Below, piece after piece: positions 1 through 8,612 of a stretch of 37,208 nt of DNA. Source of the stretch: Pirellulales bacterium. Lineage in GTDB: Bacteria > Planctomycetota > Planctomycetia > Pirellulales > UBA1268. The stretch's first letter is position 1; every line of letters starts with the position of its first letter. The stretch spans positions 1 to 37,208 of the forward strand of contig JBIIYH010000003.1 of the NCBI GenBank assembly GCA_044346905.1, read 5' to 3'. Position numbers and translations under genes: made by a program. Under the pieces are notes generated by a model. The model was not told the origin of the DNA, did no database searches, and was given only the letters and a program-made list of their open reading frames with translations.

Positions 1-437
1 GTGTCGTCCCACTTCGTGAGCCGCGAGTAAAACACCGCCGCCTCGGTGATCGCCACCGCCTGGGCATGGTCGGGCGAGGCCAGCGGCGTCTTGTCGGCGA
101 GGCCCAGCACCAGCCGCGGCCGCCAGCGGCGAAAGATCTTCGCCAACTCCACGCGGACCTCGAACGAGTCGAACAGCCGGCGATTGGGGAAGGCCAGCGT
201 CTCGCGGTGAGCCACGCCGAGCAGCTTGGCCGCCGCAGCGGCCTCGGCCAGCCGCTCCGCGGGACCGCTCGAACGGGGCGTCGGCTCGCCGTCGGTGAGG
301 TCCACGATGCCGACGCGGTGCCCCTGTGAGGCCAGGAGCGCGAGCGTGCCGCCGCAGCCGATCTCAACGTCGTCGGGATGGGCCCCGACGGCGATCACAT
401 CGAGCGGCTCGGGCAGCGGTTCGGGATGAGACGCCAT
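1..437 (-). CDS. bshB1: PIG-L/LmbE family N-acetylglucosaminyl deacetylase, BshB1-like (3' end runs off the window)
   Basis: Not in the ORF track. Manual translation from ATG 437 gives [32 protein letters not shown]...[13 protein letters not shown]...RLAEA...SPDH, with the AHPDD Zn motif and downstream DH. The start overlaps the cbiET stop (TGATG). Confidence 0.8.
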   Translation of the reverse strand, partial: MASHPEPLPEPLDVIAVGAHPDDVEIGCGGTLALLASQGHRVGIVDLTDGEPTPRSSGPAERLAEAAAAAKLLGVAHRETLAFPNRRLFDSFEVRVELAKIFRRWRPRLVLGLADKTPLASPDHAQAVAITEAAVFYSRLTKWDD

Positions 438-1681
438 CAGCCGGGCTTCGTGGCGGCGATCAGGAACACGGGATTGATCGCCTCGAACCGGATCCGGTCC
501 ATCTGCTCGTAGCCGCGGGCGATGTTCACCATCCAGTAGGCGGCATCGGTCGAGCGAGAACGCAACAGCGAGTGCACCGCGGCCAGATTCTCGATCGAGT
601 TGCAGGCGGTGACGAGCCGGCCGCCGGCCTTGAGCCGCAGCCAGGCGTTCTCCACGAGCATCGCCACGTCACGGCCGCTGCCTCCAACGTAGATCGCGTC
701 GGGATCGGGCAGCGACGCCCAGGCTTCGGGAGCCTTGCCCAGGATCGGGTCGAGGTTGGTGACGCCGAACCGCGCGGCGTTCTCGCGGATCAGCGCGTGG
801 TCGTCGGGATCCATCTCGATGGCGAAAACCTGGCCGTCGCGGGCCAGCCTGGCTCCTTCGAGGCCCACCGAGCCCGAGCCGGCGCCCACGTCCCACATCA
901 CGCTCGTCGGCTTGAGCTGCAGTTCCGCCAGCGCCAGCGAGCGAACCTCCGCGGGCGTCAGCAGGCCCCGCTTGGGACGCGACTGCAGGAAGCACTCGTC
1001 GGGATTGCCGAACGTCCGCGTGCCCACCTGCCCGGCCTGCTCGGGCGCCTTGGCCTTGCGGACGAGGATCATCACGTTGAGCGGGGCAAACGACTCCTTG
1101 GCGATCTCGGCCAGGCTGCCCTGCGTGACCCGCTCGTCGGGCGAGCCGAGGTTTTCACAGACATAGGCCTGAAAGGCGTCGATGCCGTGATCGAGCAGCG
1201 CCCGGGCCACGGCGGCTGGCGGCCACTGCTCGCTGGTGAACAGCCCCGCCGTCTCGCTCGTGCGCACGCGGTCGATCACCCGCTCGATCGACTGCCCGGC
1301 GAGGTTGGCGAGAAACGCCTCCTCCCACGACTCCTTCACCCGGGCAAAGGCCAGCTGCATGCTGCTGACGTTGGGCACGACCTCGAACCGGTCCTTGCCG
1401 AGCTTCGTGCAGACATAACGGGCGGTGCCGTAGAAGAGCGGATCGCCCGAGGCGAGCACGACGGTCCGACGGCCCTCAGCGGCCTCGATCCGCTCGACGA
1501 GCTGTTCGAGGTTGGCCGCGGCCTGGAGCCGATCCCGGAGCGGCGCCGGTAACACGACGGCGCAGGAATCGGGGCCGACGAGCACCTCCGCATCCTCGAC
1601 GAGCCGCCGTGCCTGGGCGGTCATGCCCTCGACCCCGTCGTCGCCGATGCCGACGATGTGAACCTTGCCGGCCGACGTCAC
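437..1681 (-). CDS. cbiET: Bifunctional precorrin-6Y C5,15-methyltransferase (decarboxylating), CbiE+CbiT/CobL
   Basis: CbiE motifs [29 protein letters not shown] and ENLG..DER. CbiT SAM motif [10 protein letters not shown] and [11 protein letters not shown]. Confidence 0.9.
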   Translation of the reverse strand: MTSAGKVHIVGIGDDGVEGMTAQARRLVEDAEVLVGPDSCAVVLPAPLRDRLQAAANLEQLVERIEAAEGRRTVVLASGDPLFYGTARYVCTKLGKDRFEVVPNVSSMQLAFARVKESWEEAFLANLAGQSIERVIDRVRTSETAGLFTSEQWPPAAVARALLDHGIDAFQAYVCENLGSPDERVTQGSLAEIAKESFAPLNVMILVRKAKAPEQAGQVGTRTFGNPDECFLQSRPKRGLLTPAEVRSLALAELQLKPTSVMWDVGAGSGSVGLEGARLARDGQVFAIEMDPDDHALIRENAARFGVTNLDPILGKAPEAWASLPDPDAIYVGGSGRDVAMLVENAWLRLKAGGRLVTACNSIENLAAVHSLLRSRSTDAAYWMVNIARGYEQMDRIRFEAINPVFLIAATKPG

Positions 1682-1741
1682 GTCATCCGCCGGCTCGACC
1701 GGCCTCCCGCACTCGCTCGCCCGCGGATCGCCCCGGCCGCG

Positions 1742-2074
1742 TCAGGCCTGAAACGAACTACCGCAGCCGCAGCTCTTCTTCGCGTTGGGATTGTTGAACG
1801 TGAAGCCCCGCTTGTCGATCCCATCGTGGAAATCGAGCGTGGTGCCGTCCAGAAACAGGTCGCTCTTCTTGTCGACCACCACCTTCACGCCGTGCTGCTC
1901 CTTGACCGTGTCGGCGGCGGGATCGAAGGCTGTGTCGAAGCCGAGCGAGTAGGAAAACCCGCTGCAGCCGCCGCCGGCCACACCGACCCGGAGCACCGTC
2001 TCGGGCGCGAGCTGCTGCTCGGTGATGATCTTCTTGACTTCACCGGCCGCCTTTTCCGTGAGCATGACTGACAT
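1742..2074 (-). CDS. iscA: A-type Fe-S cluster carrier (IscA/HesB/ErpA family)
   Basis: GGGCSGFSY and C-terminal CGCGSSF motifs, 110 aa. AGGAG Shine-Dalgarno upstream. Confidence 0.93.
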   Translation of the reverse strand: MSVMLTEKAAGEVKKIITEQQLAPETVLRVGVAGGGCSGFSYSLGFDTAFDPAADTVKEQHGVKVVVDKKSDLFLDGTTLDFHDGIDKRGFTFNNPNAKKSCGCGSSFQA

Positions 2075-2162
2075 AGCGTGTTCTCTCCTGGCTGGAGCGG
2101 GCGTTTCTCACAAGCCCGCATGCGAAAAGTTTATACCGCCGTCGTGAAAAGGCAAAGGCCGG

Positions 2163-3380
2163 CTACAGCCGCCGCAGGCTGGCCACGCCGGATGCCACCA
2201 GGTCGGCCGCACGGTCGATCTCCGCCTCCGTCGTGAAGCGAGACAGCCCGAACCGCACGCTCGCCCGGGCCTGGTCCTCGTCGCGGCCCAGCGCGAGCAG
2301 CACATGGCTGGGCCGCGGATTCTCCGCCGAGCAGGCGCTGCCCGACGAGACGGCGAGGCCCTCCGCGGAGAGCGTGGCGAGCAGCGTCTGGCCGTCCACG
2401 CCGGGCACGTGCACGTTCAGATTATTGACCAGTCGGACGGGCGTGCCGTCGGGATCGTCGCGGTCGAGCGGCGGGCCGTTGAGCGCCACTCCCTCGATGC
2501 CGGGGACGAGCCGCGCCCAGAGCCGGTCGCGCAGCCGCCGCATCCGCGGCACCTCCTCGTCGAGCCCCGCGACCGCCAGCCGGGCCGCTTCGGCGAGGCC
2601 CACGATCCCCGGCACGTCGAGCGTGCCGCTCCGCATGCCGCGCTCCTGGCCGCCGCCGAAGACCAGCGGCTCGACCCGCACGGCCCGCTCCCGCCGCCGC
2701 ACAAACAGCGCCCCGGCCCCCTTGGGGCCGTGAAACTTGTGGGCCGAGAAGCTCGCCAGGTCGGCTCCGAGGGCGTCCATGGCGACGGGCATCCGGCCGA
2801 GCGCTTGGGCGCAGTCGACGTGCACGAGCCCGCCGGCGGTATGCACGACGTCTGCGAGCGCCGCCATCTCCTGCACCACGCCCGTTTCGTTGTTGGCGAC
2901 GAGCAGCGAGACGAGCAACGTGTCGGGCCCGACCGCCGCCTCGAGATCCGCCGGGCGAATCCGCCCCGCGACGCCGGCCGCATCGGCCTGCCGCACGACC
3001 GGCAGCCGCGTCACGGCAAACCCCTCGCGTTCGAGGTGCTCGGCGGGATCGAGCGTGGCATGGTGGTCGGCGACCGAAACGACGATCCTGCGCCGCGAAC
3101 GATCGCCCGAGTGCCCGGTGCGGCCGGCGAGGCCGAGCAGAGCAATGTTCGTGCTCTCGGTGGCCCCGCTCGTGAACACGATCTCGCGGGGCACCGCCCC
3201 GATCGCGGCGGCGAAGGTCGCCCGGGCCGCCTCGACGGCATCGCGGGCCTCCCGGCCCAGTTCGTGGGTCGTGCTGCCGGCGTTGCCGTAGTGATCCGTG
3301 AGCCAGGGCAGCATCGCCTCCAGCACCCGCGGATCGAGCCGGGTCGTGGCGTGGTTGTCGAGGTAGATCGTGTCGGCCAT
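2163..3380 (-). CDS. iscS: Group I cysteine desulfurase (IscS/NifS)
   Basis: YLDNHATT, FTSGATES, PLP lysine in SAHKFHGPKG, RSGT, catalytic Cys in SSGSACS. Confidence 0.93.
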   Translation of the reverse strand: MADTIYLDNHATTRLDPRVLEAMLPWLTDHYGNAGSTTHELGREARDAVEAARATFAAAIGAVPREIVFTSGATESTNIALLGLAGRTGHSGDRSRRRIVVSVADHHATLDPAEHLEREGFAVTRLPVVRQADAAGVAGRIRPADLEAAVGPDTLLVSLLVANNETGVVQEMAALADVVHTAGGLVHVDCAQALGRMPVAMDALGADLASFSAHKFHGPKGAGALFVRRRERAVRVEPLVFGGGQERGMRSGTLDVPGIVGLAEAARLAVAGLDEEVPRMRRLRDRLWARLVPGIEGVALNGPPLDRDDPDGTPVRLVNNLNVHVPGVDGQTLLATLSAEGLAVSSGSACSAENPRPSHVLLALGRDEDQARASVRFGLSRFTTEAEIDRAADLVASGVASLRRL

Positions 3381-3385
3381 GGCCG

Positions 3386-4018
3386 CTAGCGGTCCAGCAA
3401 GCCCGAGGCGAGGGCGTCGAGCGTGATCTGCGACCAGGTCTCGAATCGTTCGCGATCAGCCACGAGCGCGGCGAGCGGCTCGAAGCCGCACTCGATCAGC
3501 TCGCTCTCCCGCGGTGCCACCTCGGGTCGCTCGAGTTCGAGCAGGTGCACGATTCCGAGGTGCACGCTGCCCACCGCATTGGAGTCGTCGTTGATCAGCC
3601 CCACGCAGCGGCCCGTCCAGCCGCCGCCGATCGCGATCTCTTCGGCGAGTTCCCGCCGCATGCCGGCCTCGTAGCTGGTGTCGTCGCCGTGCTCGCCGTC
3701 GGTGCTGGAGATGTGGCCGCCGATGCCGAGCGACCGCTTGGCCCGCAGCCGGGCCTCGCTCTGGCCGCCGCCGCGGGTGTAGGCGAAGTACTCCCGCCGC
3801 CCGGCGCCGCCCTGCCAGGCGAGCACGCAGTAGGGGATCAGCTGCTTGAACGAAGGATCCTCTTCCACGCTCGCCCGCGGCCGCCACGACGTGTGCCTGG
3901 GATCGAGCAGCAGCGGCAGGTAGGCGGCGGTGTCGCCGCAAAAGCCCTGAAACCCGCCGGCCCGGTCGAAGAGCGCCCGGGGCACCACCAACACGTGTTC
4001 ATCGGGAAACTGGCTCAT
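3386..4018 (-). CDS. Predicted NUDIX-family phosphoesterase (YmaB/COG4112-like)
   Basis: EEDPSFKQLIPY, SLGIGGHI, NUDIX-like RELAEE, GLINDD...VHLG. ATG 4018 preferred over TTG 4024. Confidence 0.8.
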   Translation of the reverse strand: MSQFPDEHVLVVPRALFDRAGGFQGFCGDTAAYLPLLLDPRHTSWRPRASVEEDPSFKQLIPYCVLAWQGGAGRREYFAYTRGGGQSEARLRAKRSLGIGGHISSTDGEHGDDTSYEAGMRRELAEEIAIGGGWTGRCVGLINDDSNAVGSVHLGIVHLLELERPEVAPRESELIECGFEPLAALVADRERFETWSQITLDALASGLLDR

Positions 4019-4024
4019 GCTCAA

Positions 4025-4033
4025 AGGCTACCA
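4025..4033 (-). promoter_or_regulatory. Extended -10 element (TGgTAGCCT) 6 nt upstream of the ATG; putative leaderless promoter
   Basis: Minus strand reads TGGTAGCCT-ttgagc-ATG(4018), with no Shine-Dalgarno. Confidence 0.5.
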
Positions 4034-4185
4034 AAAATCCGTCGCTCGTCGGTCCAATGCCTCGCCTCGTCGTGGGTGACGCGGGCTCGGGGTTGCCCGC
4101 CCCCTTGCGGCCACAGTTGAGCCTGGGTGGGGAGATCCAAGCTGGACAGGCTTCATCAAGTCGCTGGAATCGACAGGTCGATGCC

Positions 4186-4216
4186 GGTGCCCTTCGGGCA
4201 CCCTCCGTGGTACCAT
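4186..4216 (+). promoter_or_regulatory. Palindrome plus extended -10 promoter of the nucleotidyltransferase module
   Basis: GGTGCCC-ttc-GGGCACC at 4186-4202, then TGgTACCAT at 4208-4216, 27 nt before ATG 4244. Confidence 0.45.
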
Positions 4217-4243
4217 CAGGAAGTTTTCAACGAGGCTGTGATC

Positions 4244-4453
4244 ATGACGGGGTCGATCAAACAAACACCGCAGCTCAGTGTCACCGACCGAACATCTCAG
4301 GCTGAAGCCGACCGGGCGACGTGGAGGACGCGGACGCCTGAGGAACGCCTGGATGAGGTCGAGGCCCTGCGGCTGAGGGCCGGCAAGTTCCTCTATGAAT
4401 ACCCAACCCGACTTCGAAGACTTCTTGCGGTTGCTCGAGGTTCATCGCGTTGA
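4244..4453 (+). CDS. Small hypothetical protein (69 aa), putative partner or antitoxin of the downstream nucleotidyltransferase
   Basis: MTGSIKQ...DRATWRTRTPEERLDEVEALR. W..+TPEERL-type small proteins commonly precede such NTases (recall). Overlaps the next gene by 59 nt. Confidence 0.6.
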   Translation: MTGSIKQTPQLSVTDRTSQAEADRATWRTRTPEERLDEVEALRLRAGKFLYEYPTRLRRLLAVARGSSR

Positions 4454-4835
4454 CTATATGATCGTGGGGGGCTACGCAGTCGCGTATCACGGCTTCCCGC
4501 GATTCACGAAGGATATCGACATTTTCTTCGGGGATGCCGGCGTCAACCTCGTTCGGCTGCAGGCGGCGCTGGTGGACTTTGGCTTCGAGCCAGACACCGT
4601 GCCGATCGAGACACTTGGAAAGCCCGATACGGTGCTCGCAGTCGGCATGGAGCCGGTGCGAATCGATCTGCTCAATCGGATCGACGGCGTCCTATTCGAG
4701 GACGCCCGGGTCAATACGGTCCGGGGCCGATACGGCAACGTCGAGGTGACGTTCATCGGCAAAGAAGACCTGCTGCGCAACAAACGCGCCTCCGGCAGGC
4801 ACCGTGATCTCGGCGATCTCGAAGAGCTGCTTTGA
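4395..4835 (+). CDS. Pol-beta superfamily nucleotidyltransferase (DUF6036/AbiEii-like)
   Basis: IVGGYAV..HG.PRFTKDIDI (GG...DxD), RIDLL, C-terminal NKRASGRHRDLGD (K..R..D). Confidence 0.8.
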   Translation: MNTQPDFEDFLRLLEVHRVDYMIVGGYAVAYHGFPRFTKDIDIFFGDAGVNLVRLQAALVDFGFEPDTVPIETLGKPDTVLAVGMEPVRIDLLNRIDGVLFEDARVNTVRGRYGNVEVTFIGKEDLLRNKRASGRHRDLGDLEELL

Positions 4836-4972
4836 GCCGGGCTCGGCCCCGTGGTGCCCCGGGTTCCGGAAGCCTTGACGAGCGGTCCGTCGGCCAGCTC
4901 GATGCCCGGGAGGTGCGGCCGGAGTCCGGAGGGCCGCCAAGGCTGGACGGGGCAGAGATGGCCTTGCCGCCG

Positions 4973-6049
4973 TTAAGCCAGGCCCAGCAGCATCGCGTCG
5001 CCGTAGCTCAGGAACCGATACCGCTCGCGGATCGCCTCGGCGTAGGCGCGGGCGATCAGGTCGCGGCCGGCAAAGGTGCTCACCAGCACCATCAGCGTCG
5101 TCCGCGGCATGTGAAAGTTGGTCAGCATCACATCCACGGCGCGGAAGGTGTGCCCGGGGCGGATGAAGAGGTCGGTCGGCCCGCTCCAGGCGACGATCGG
5201 CTCGCCCTCCCCCGCCGCCCGGGCGGCCGTCTCGAGGGTCCGCACCGCCGTCGTGCCGATCGCCACCACCCGGCCGCCGCGGGCCCGCGTCTCCCGCACC
5301 GCCGCGGCCGTCGCCGCCGGGCACTCGCACCACTCGGTGTGCATGGGGTGGTCGTCGATCCGCTCGGCCGTGATCGGCCGGAACGTGTCGAGGCCGACGT
5401 GAAGCGTGACCTCCGCCCGGCCGATGCCCCGGGCGGCGAGCGCGGCCAGCAGTCCCGGCGTGAAATGGAGCCCGGCCGTCGGGGCCGCGGCCGAGCCGCT
5501 CGTGCGGGCGAAGACCGTCTGATACCGCTCGACGTCTCCGGCCGCCTCGTCGCCGCCCCTGATGTAGCCTGGCAGCGGCACGCGGCCAGCCCGCACGAGC
5601 ACCGCTTCGGCAGGCTCATCGCCCGACGGTCTTGCGAGCCACGCGCCGCCGCCGGCCCGGCCCACGAGCGTGAGTTCCGCTGCGTTGCAGCCTGCGCGAT
5701 CGACGAGCACGATCCGCTCGCCGAGAGCCGGCCGACCGCGGGTCTGCGCGAGCACCCGCCAAGAGCCCGCCTGCTCGCCCTCCCGCTCGACCTGCAGGAA
5801 GAGCCCTTCCCAACGGCCGCCCGTGGCAGCCCGGCGGCCGACGAGCCGGGCGGGCACCACGCGGGTGTCGTTGACCACGACCAGGTCGCCGGGGGCGAGC
5901 AGGTCGGGCAGGTCGCGGACCTGCCGGTGCTCGAGCGAGCCGGAGCCGCGACGGGCGACGAGCAGCCGGGCCGCCGCCCGGTCGGCCAGCGGCTCCTGGG
6001 CGATGAGTTCCCGCGGCAGGTCGTAGTCGTAGAGGTCGGCGTCGGCCAT
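4973..6049 (-). CDS. queA: tRNA preQ1(34) S-adenosylmethionine ribosyltransferase-isomerase
   Basis: YDYDLPRELIAQEP, VVNDTRVVPARL, PLPGYI, YQTVFA, AAPTAGLHF, TLHVG, GTTAVRTLE, TNFHMP, YRFLSYGDAML. Confidence 0.96.
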   Translation of the reverse strand: MADADLYDYDLPRELIAQEPLADRAAARLLVARRGSGSLEHRQVRDLPDLLAPGDLVVVNDTRVVPARLVGRRAATGGRWEGLFLQVEREGEQAGSWRVLAQTRGRPALGERIVLVDRAGCNAAELTLVGRAGGGAWLARPSGDEPAEAVLVRAGRVPLPGYIRGGDEAAGDVERYQTVFARTSGSAAAPTAGLHFTPGLLAALAARGIGRAEVTLHVGLDTFRPITAERIDDHPMHTEWCECPAATAAAVRETRARGGRVVAIGTTAVRTLETAARAAGEGEPIVAWSGPTDLFIRPGHTFRAVDVMLTNFHMPRTTLMVLVSTFAGRDLIARAYAEAIRERYRFLSYGDAMLLGLA

Positions 6050-6119
6050 GCCCAGATCGTAGCCAGATCGGAGCCCGGCCGGATCGAAGCCGGCGTCCAC
6101 GAGCGGCTACATTAGGGGC
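6050..6119. promoter_or_regulatory. Back-to-back putative leaderless promoters for queA and rsmH
   Basis: Minus-strand TACGAT (6061-6056) lies 6 nt before ATG 6049. Plus-strand TACATT (6108-6113) lies 6 nt before ATG 6120. Confidence 0.5.
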
Positions 6120-7022
6120 ATGACCGCAGCGTCCAGCATCCACACTCCCGTTCTCTCCGCGGAGGTCATGAGCCTCCTCGAGATCCGGCCTGGGATGCGG
6201 GTCGTGGACGGCACGCTCGGCGGCGGCGGCCACACCCGGCTGTTCGCGGAGGCCGTGGGCCCGGAGGGGCTCGTGATCGCGATCGACCGCGATCCGATCG
6301 CGATCGAGCGGGGCGCCCGCGAACTGGCCGGGCTTCCCGTGCGGTTCGCCCAGGCCAACTACCGCGACCTGCCGGAGGTGCTCGACGCCCTGGCGATCGA
6401 CCGCGTCGATCGCGTGCTGCTCGACGTCGGCCTGTCGAGCGACCAGCTCGCCGACGACGCCCGCGGCTTCTCGTTCGACTCCGAGGGGCCGCTCGACCTG
6501 CGGTTCGACCCGACCGAGGGGGAGCCGGCCTGGCGACTCGTCAACCGGATGCGGCCCGAGACGCTCGCCGATCTGATCCACGAGTTCGGCGAGGAGCGGT
6601 TCTCCCGCCGGATCGCGCGGCGGATCGCCACGGCCCGGGCCAAGGAGCCGATCCGCTCGGCTCGCGAGTTCGCCCGGATCGTGACCTCCGCGATTCCCCG
6701 GCAGTATCCGCCGCCGCGAATCCACCCGGCCACCCGCACCTTCCAGGCGCTGCGGATCGCCGTCAACGAGGAGCTCAAGAGCCTGCGGATCGCCCTCGAG
6801 CGGATTCCCACGCGGCTCGCCCCGGGGGGCCGCGTGGCGGTGATCTCGTTTCACTCGCTCGAGGACCGGCTGGCCAAGGAGGCCTTCCGCAACCGCCAGG
6901 TCTGGGAGCCTCTCACCCGCGGGCCGGTCGAGGCGGGCGACGATGAACTGGCCCGTAATCCCCGCAGCCGGTCCGCGAAACTCCGCGTGGCCCAGGTGAT
7001 CGCCGGCGACCAGGCAGGCTAG
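6120..7022 (+). CDS. rsmH: 16S rRNA m4C1402 methyltransferase RsmH (MraW)
   Basis: HTPVL, VDGTLGGGGH, DVGLSSDQL, RGFSF, PLDLRFD, HPATRTFQALRIAVNEEL, ISFHSLEDR, NPRSRSAKLR. Confidence 0.97.
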   Translation: MTAASSIHTPVLSAEVMSLLEIRPGMRVVDGTLGGGGHTRLFAEAVGPEGLVIAIDRDPIAIERGARELAGLPVRFAQANYRDLPEVLDALAIDRVDRVLLDVGLSSDQLADDARGFSFDSEGPLDLRFDPTEGEPAWRLVNRMRPETLADLIHEFGEERFSRRIARRIATARAKEPIRSAREFARIVTSAIPRQYPPPRIHPATRTFQALRIAVNEELKSLRIALERIPTRLAPGGRVAVISFHSLEDRLAKEAFRNRQVWEPLTRGPVEAGDDELARNPRSRSAKLRVAQVIAGDQAG

Positions 7023-7126
7023 GCAGCTTGCGGGACGGCGCCGCGGCCGCAGACGATCTGGCCCCGGCCGAGTCCGGCCGTCATGATCCCGCCGCTTTCC
7101 GCCGCCCCGCTCATCTCCGGCCTCCC

Positions 7127-7741
7127 ATGGGACGAGAGACCAAGATCCTCCTCGCGCTGCTTGGCCTCTTGGTCGGCGTGTTTTTCGGCGTCGTGTCGGT
7201 GAAACTCTTCGTGCCCCGGCCTCCGGCCGGCGCGGGGCCCGACGTACATGCCGACATCGCCACGATCGAGGCCCAGACACTCGTCGAGCCGCCCGAACTC
7301 GGCCCTCCGCCCGCGCCGGCGGCCGAAATCCCGCCCACGCCACCACCGCCGCCGGTGGCCGCCAATCCGCCGACCGACGATTCCTACGCCGGCCGCACGA
7401 GCCGCTTCGGCGGGGACGCCCCGGCGACCGAAGTCCCGCGGGATCCCTTCGTGACACCGGCCTCGTTCGCGGCCGAGGAGCCGGAGGCCCAGCCGTCCGC
7501 GCCGGAGCTCTTGCCGCCCCCCGTCCCGTCCGCGGCTGGAGATACCTACGTGGCCCGGGACGGTGATTCGTGGTGGTCGCTCGCCGAGCGGGCCTACGGC
7601 GACGGCCGGCTTTACCGGGCGCTCTTCGCCTGGAACCGGACGATCGACCCGCGGGTCTCGCTCACGCCGGGAACCCGGCTCGAAATCCCGCCGGCCGCGA
7701 CGCTTCGCACTGCCTGGCCCGCGCTGCTGCCGCGCGACTGA
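7127..7741 (+). CDS. Bitopic membrane protein with a Pro-rich linker and C-terminal LysM-like domain
   Basis: MGRETK followed by the hydrophobic ILLALLGLLVGVFFGVV segment, a Pro/Ala-rich linker, and YVARDGDSWWSLAERAYGDGRLYRALFAWN...LTPGTRLEIP. Confidence 0.82.
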   Translation: MGRETKILLALLGLLVGVFFGVVSVKLFVPRPPAGAGPDVHADIATIEAQTLVEPPELGPPPAPAAEIPPTPPPPPVAANPPTDDSYAGRTSRFGGDAPATEVPRDPFVTPASFAAEEPEAQPSAPELLPPPVPSAAGDTYVARDGDSWWSLAERAYGDGRLYRALFAWNRTIDPRVSLTPGTRLEIPPAATLRTAWPALLPRD

Positions 7742-7820
7742 CCGCCGGATCCCGCGCAGCGACCTGGCCAACGCTCGGGCGGCGGTGGCCTACAATCACG
7801 GCCCCCGACCAGGAGTCCGC

Positions 7821-8600
7821 ATGAAGCACAAAGCCGAGATTGTTCGCGACTGGCTGCCTCGATACACCGGCCGCGACCTGGATGCCTTCGGCCCGTACGT
7901 GCTGCTGGCCAACTTCAGCGAGTACGTGGAAGCCTTCGCCAGCCGGTTCGGCGTGCCCGTGCTCGGGGCCGGCTTCCCGATCCAATCGGCCACCCACGAG
8001 GACCTCACGATCCTCAACTTCGGGATGGGCAGCGCCATGGCGGCCACGGTGATGGACCTGCTCTCGGCGGTCGAACCCAGGGCCGCGCTCTTCCTGGGCA
8101 AGTGCGGCGGCCTGAAGAAGACGAAGGTGGGCGACTTCGTCCTTCCGATCGCCGCCATCCGCGGCGAGGGGACGAGCAACGAGTACTTCCCGCCCGAGAT
8201 CCCAGCCCTGCCCTCCTTTCGGCTCCAGGCGGCCGTCTCGGCGGCGATCGCCCGCCACGACCACGACTACTGGACCGGCACCGTCTACACCACCAACCGC
8301 CGCGTCTGGGAGCACGACGAGGCCTTCAAGGACTACCTCGTCAGGACCCGGGCGATCGGGATCGACATGGAGACGGCCACGCTGTTCGTCGTCGGCTTCG
8401 CCAACCACATCCCCAAAGGGGCGTTGCTCTTGGTTTCCGACAACCCGATGAGCCCGGAAGGAGTGAAGACGGCGGCCAGCGACCGCGACGTCAGCCGCCG
8501 CTACGTGCAGGCCCAACTCGAGATCGGCATCGACGCCCTGCGCGAGCTTCGCGACTCGGGCACCAGCATCAAGCACATGCGGTTCGAGGAACTGCCGTAG
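7821..8600 (+). CDS. amn: AMP nucleosidase, short PNP/UDP-phosphorylase-fold type
   Basis: WLPRYTG, NFGMGS, FLGKCGGL, AAIRGEGTS, YTTNRRVWE, IDMETAT, LLVSD. AGGAG SD and TACAAT (7791-7796) upstream. Confidence 0.88.
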   Translation: MKHKAEIVRDWLPRYTGRDLDAFGPYVLLANFSEYVEAFASRFGVPVLGAGFPIQSATHEDLTILNFGMGSAMAATVMDLLSAVEPRAALFLGKCGGLKKTKVGDFVLPIAAIRGEGTSNEYFPPEIPALPSFRLQAAVSAAIARHDHDYWTGTVYTTNRRVWEHDEAFKDYLVRTRAIGIDMETATLFVVGFANHIPKGALLLVSDNPMSPEGVKTAASDRDVSRRYVQAQLEIGIDALRELRDSGTSIKHMRFEELP

Positions 8601-8612
8601 GCCCGGCCCTGC

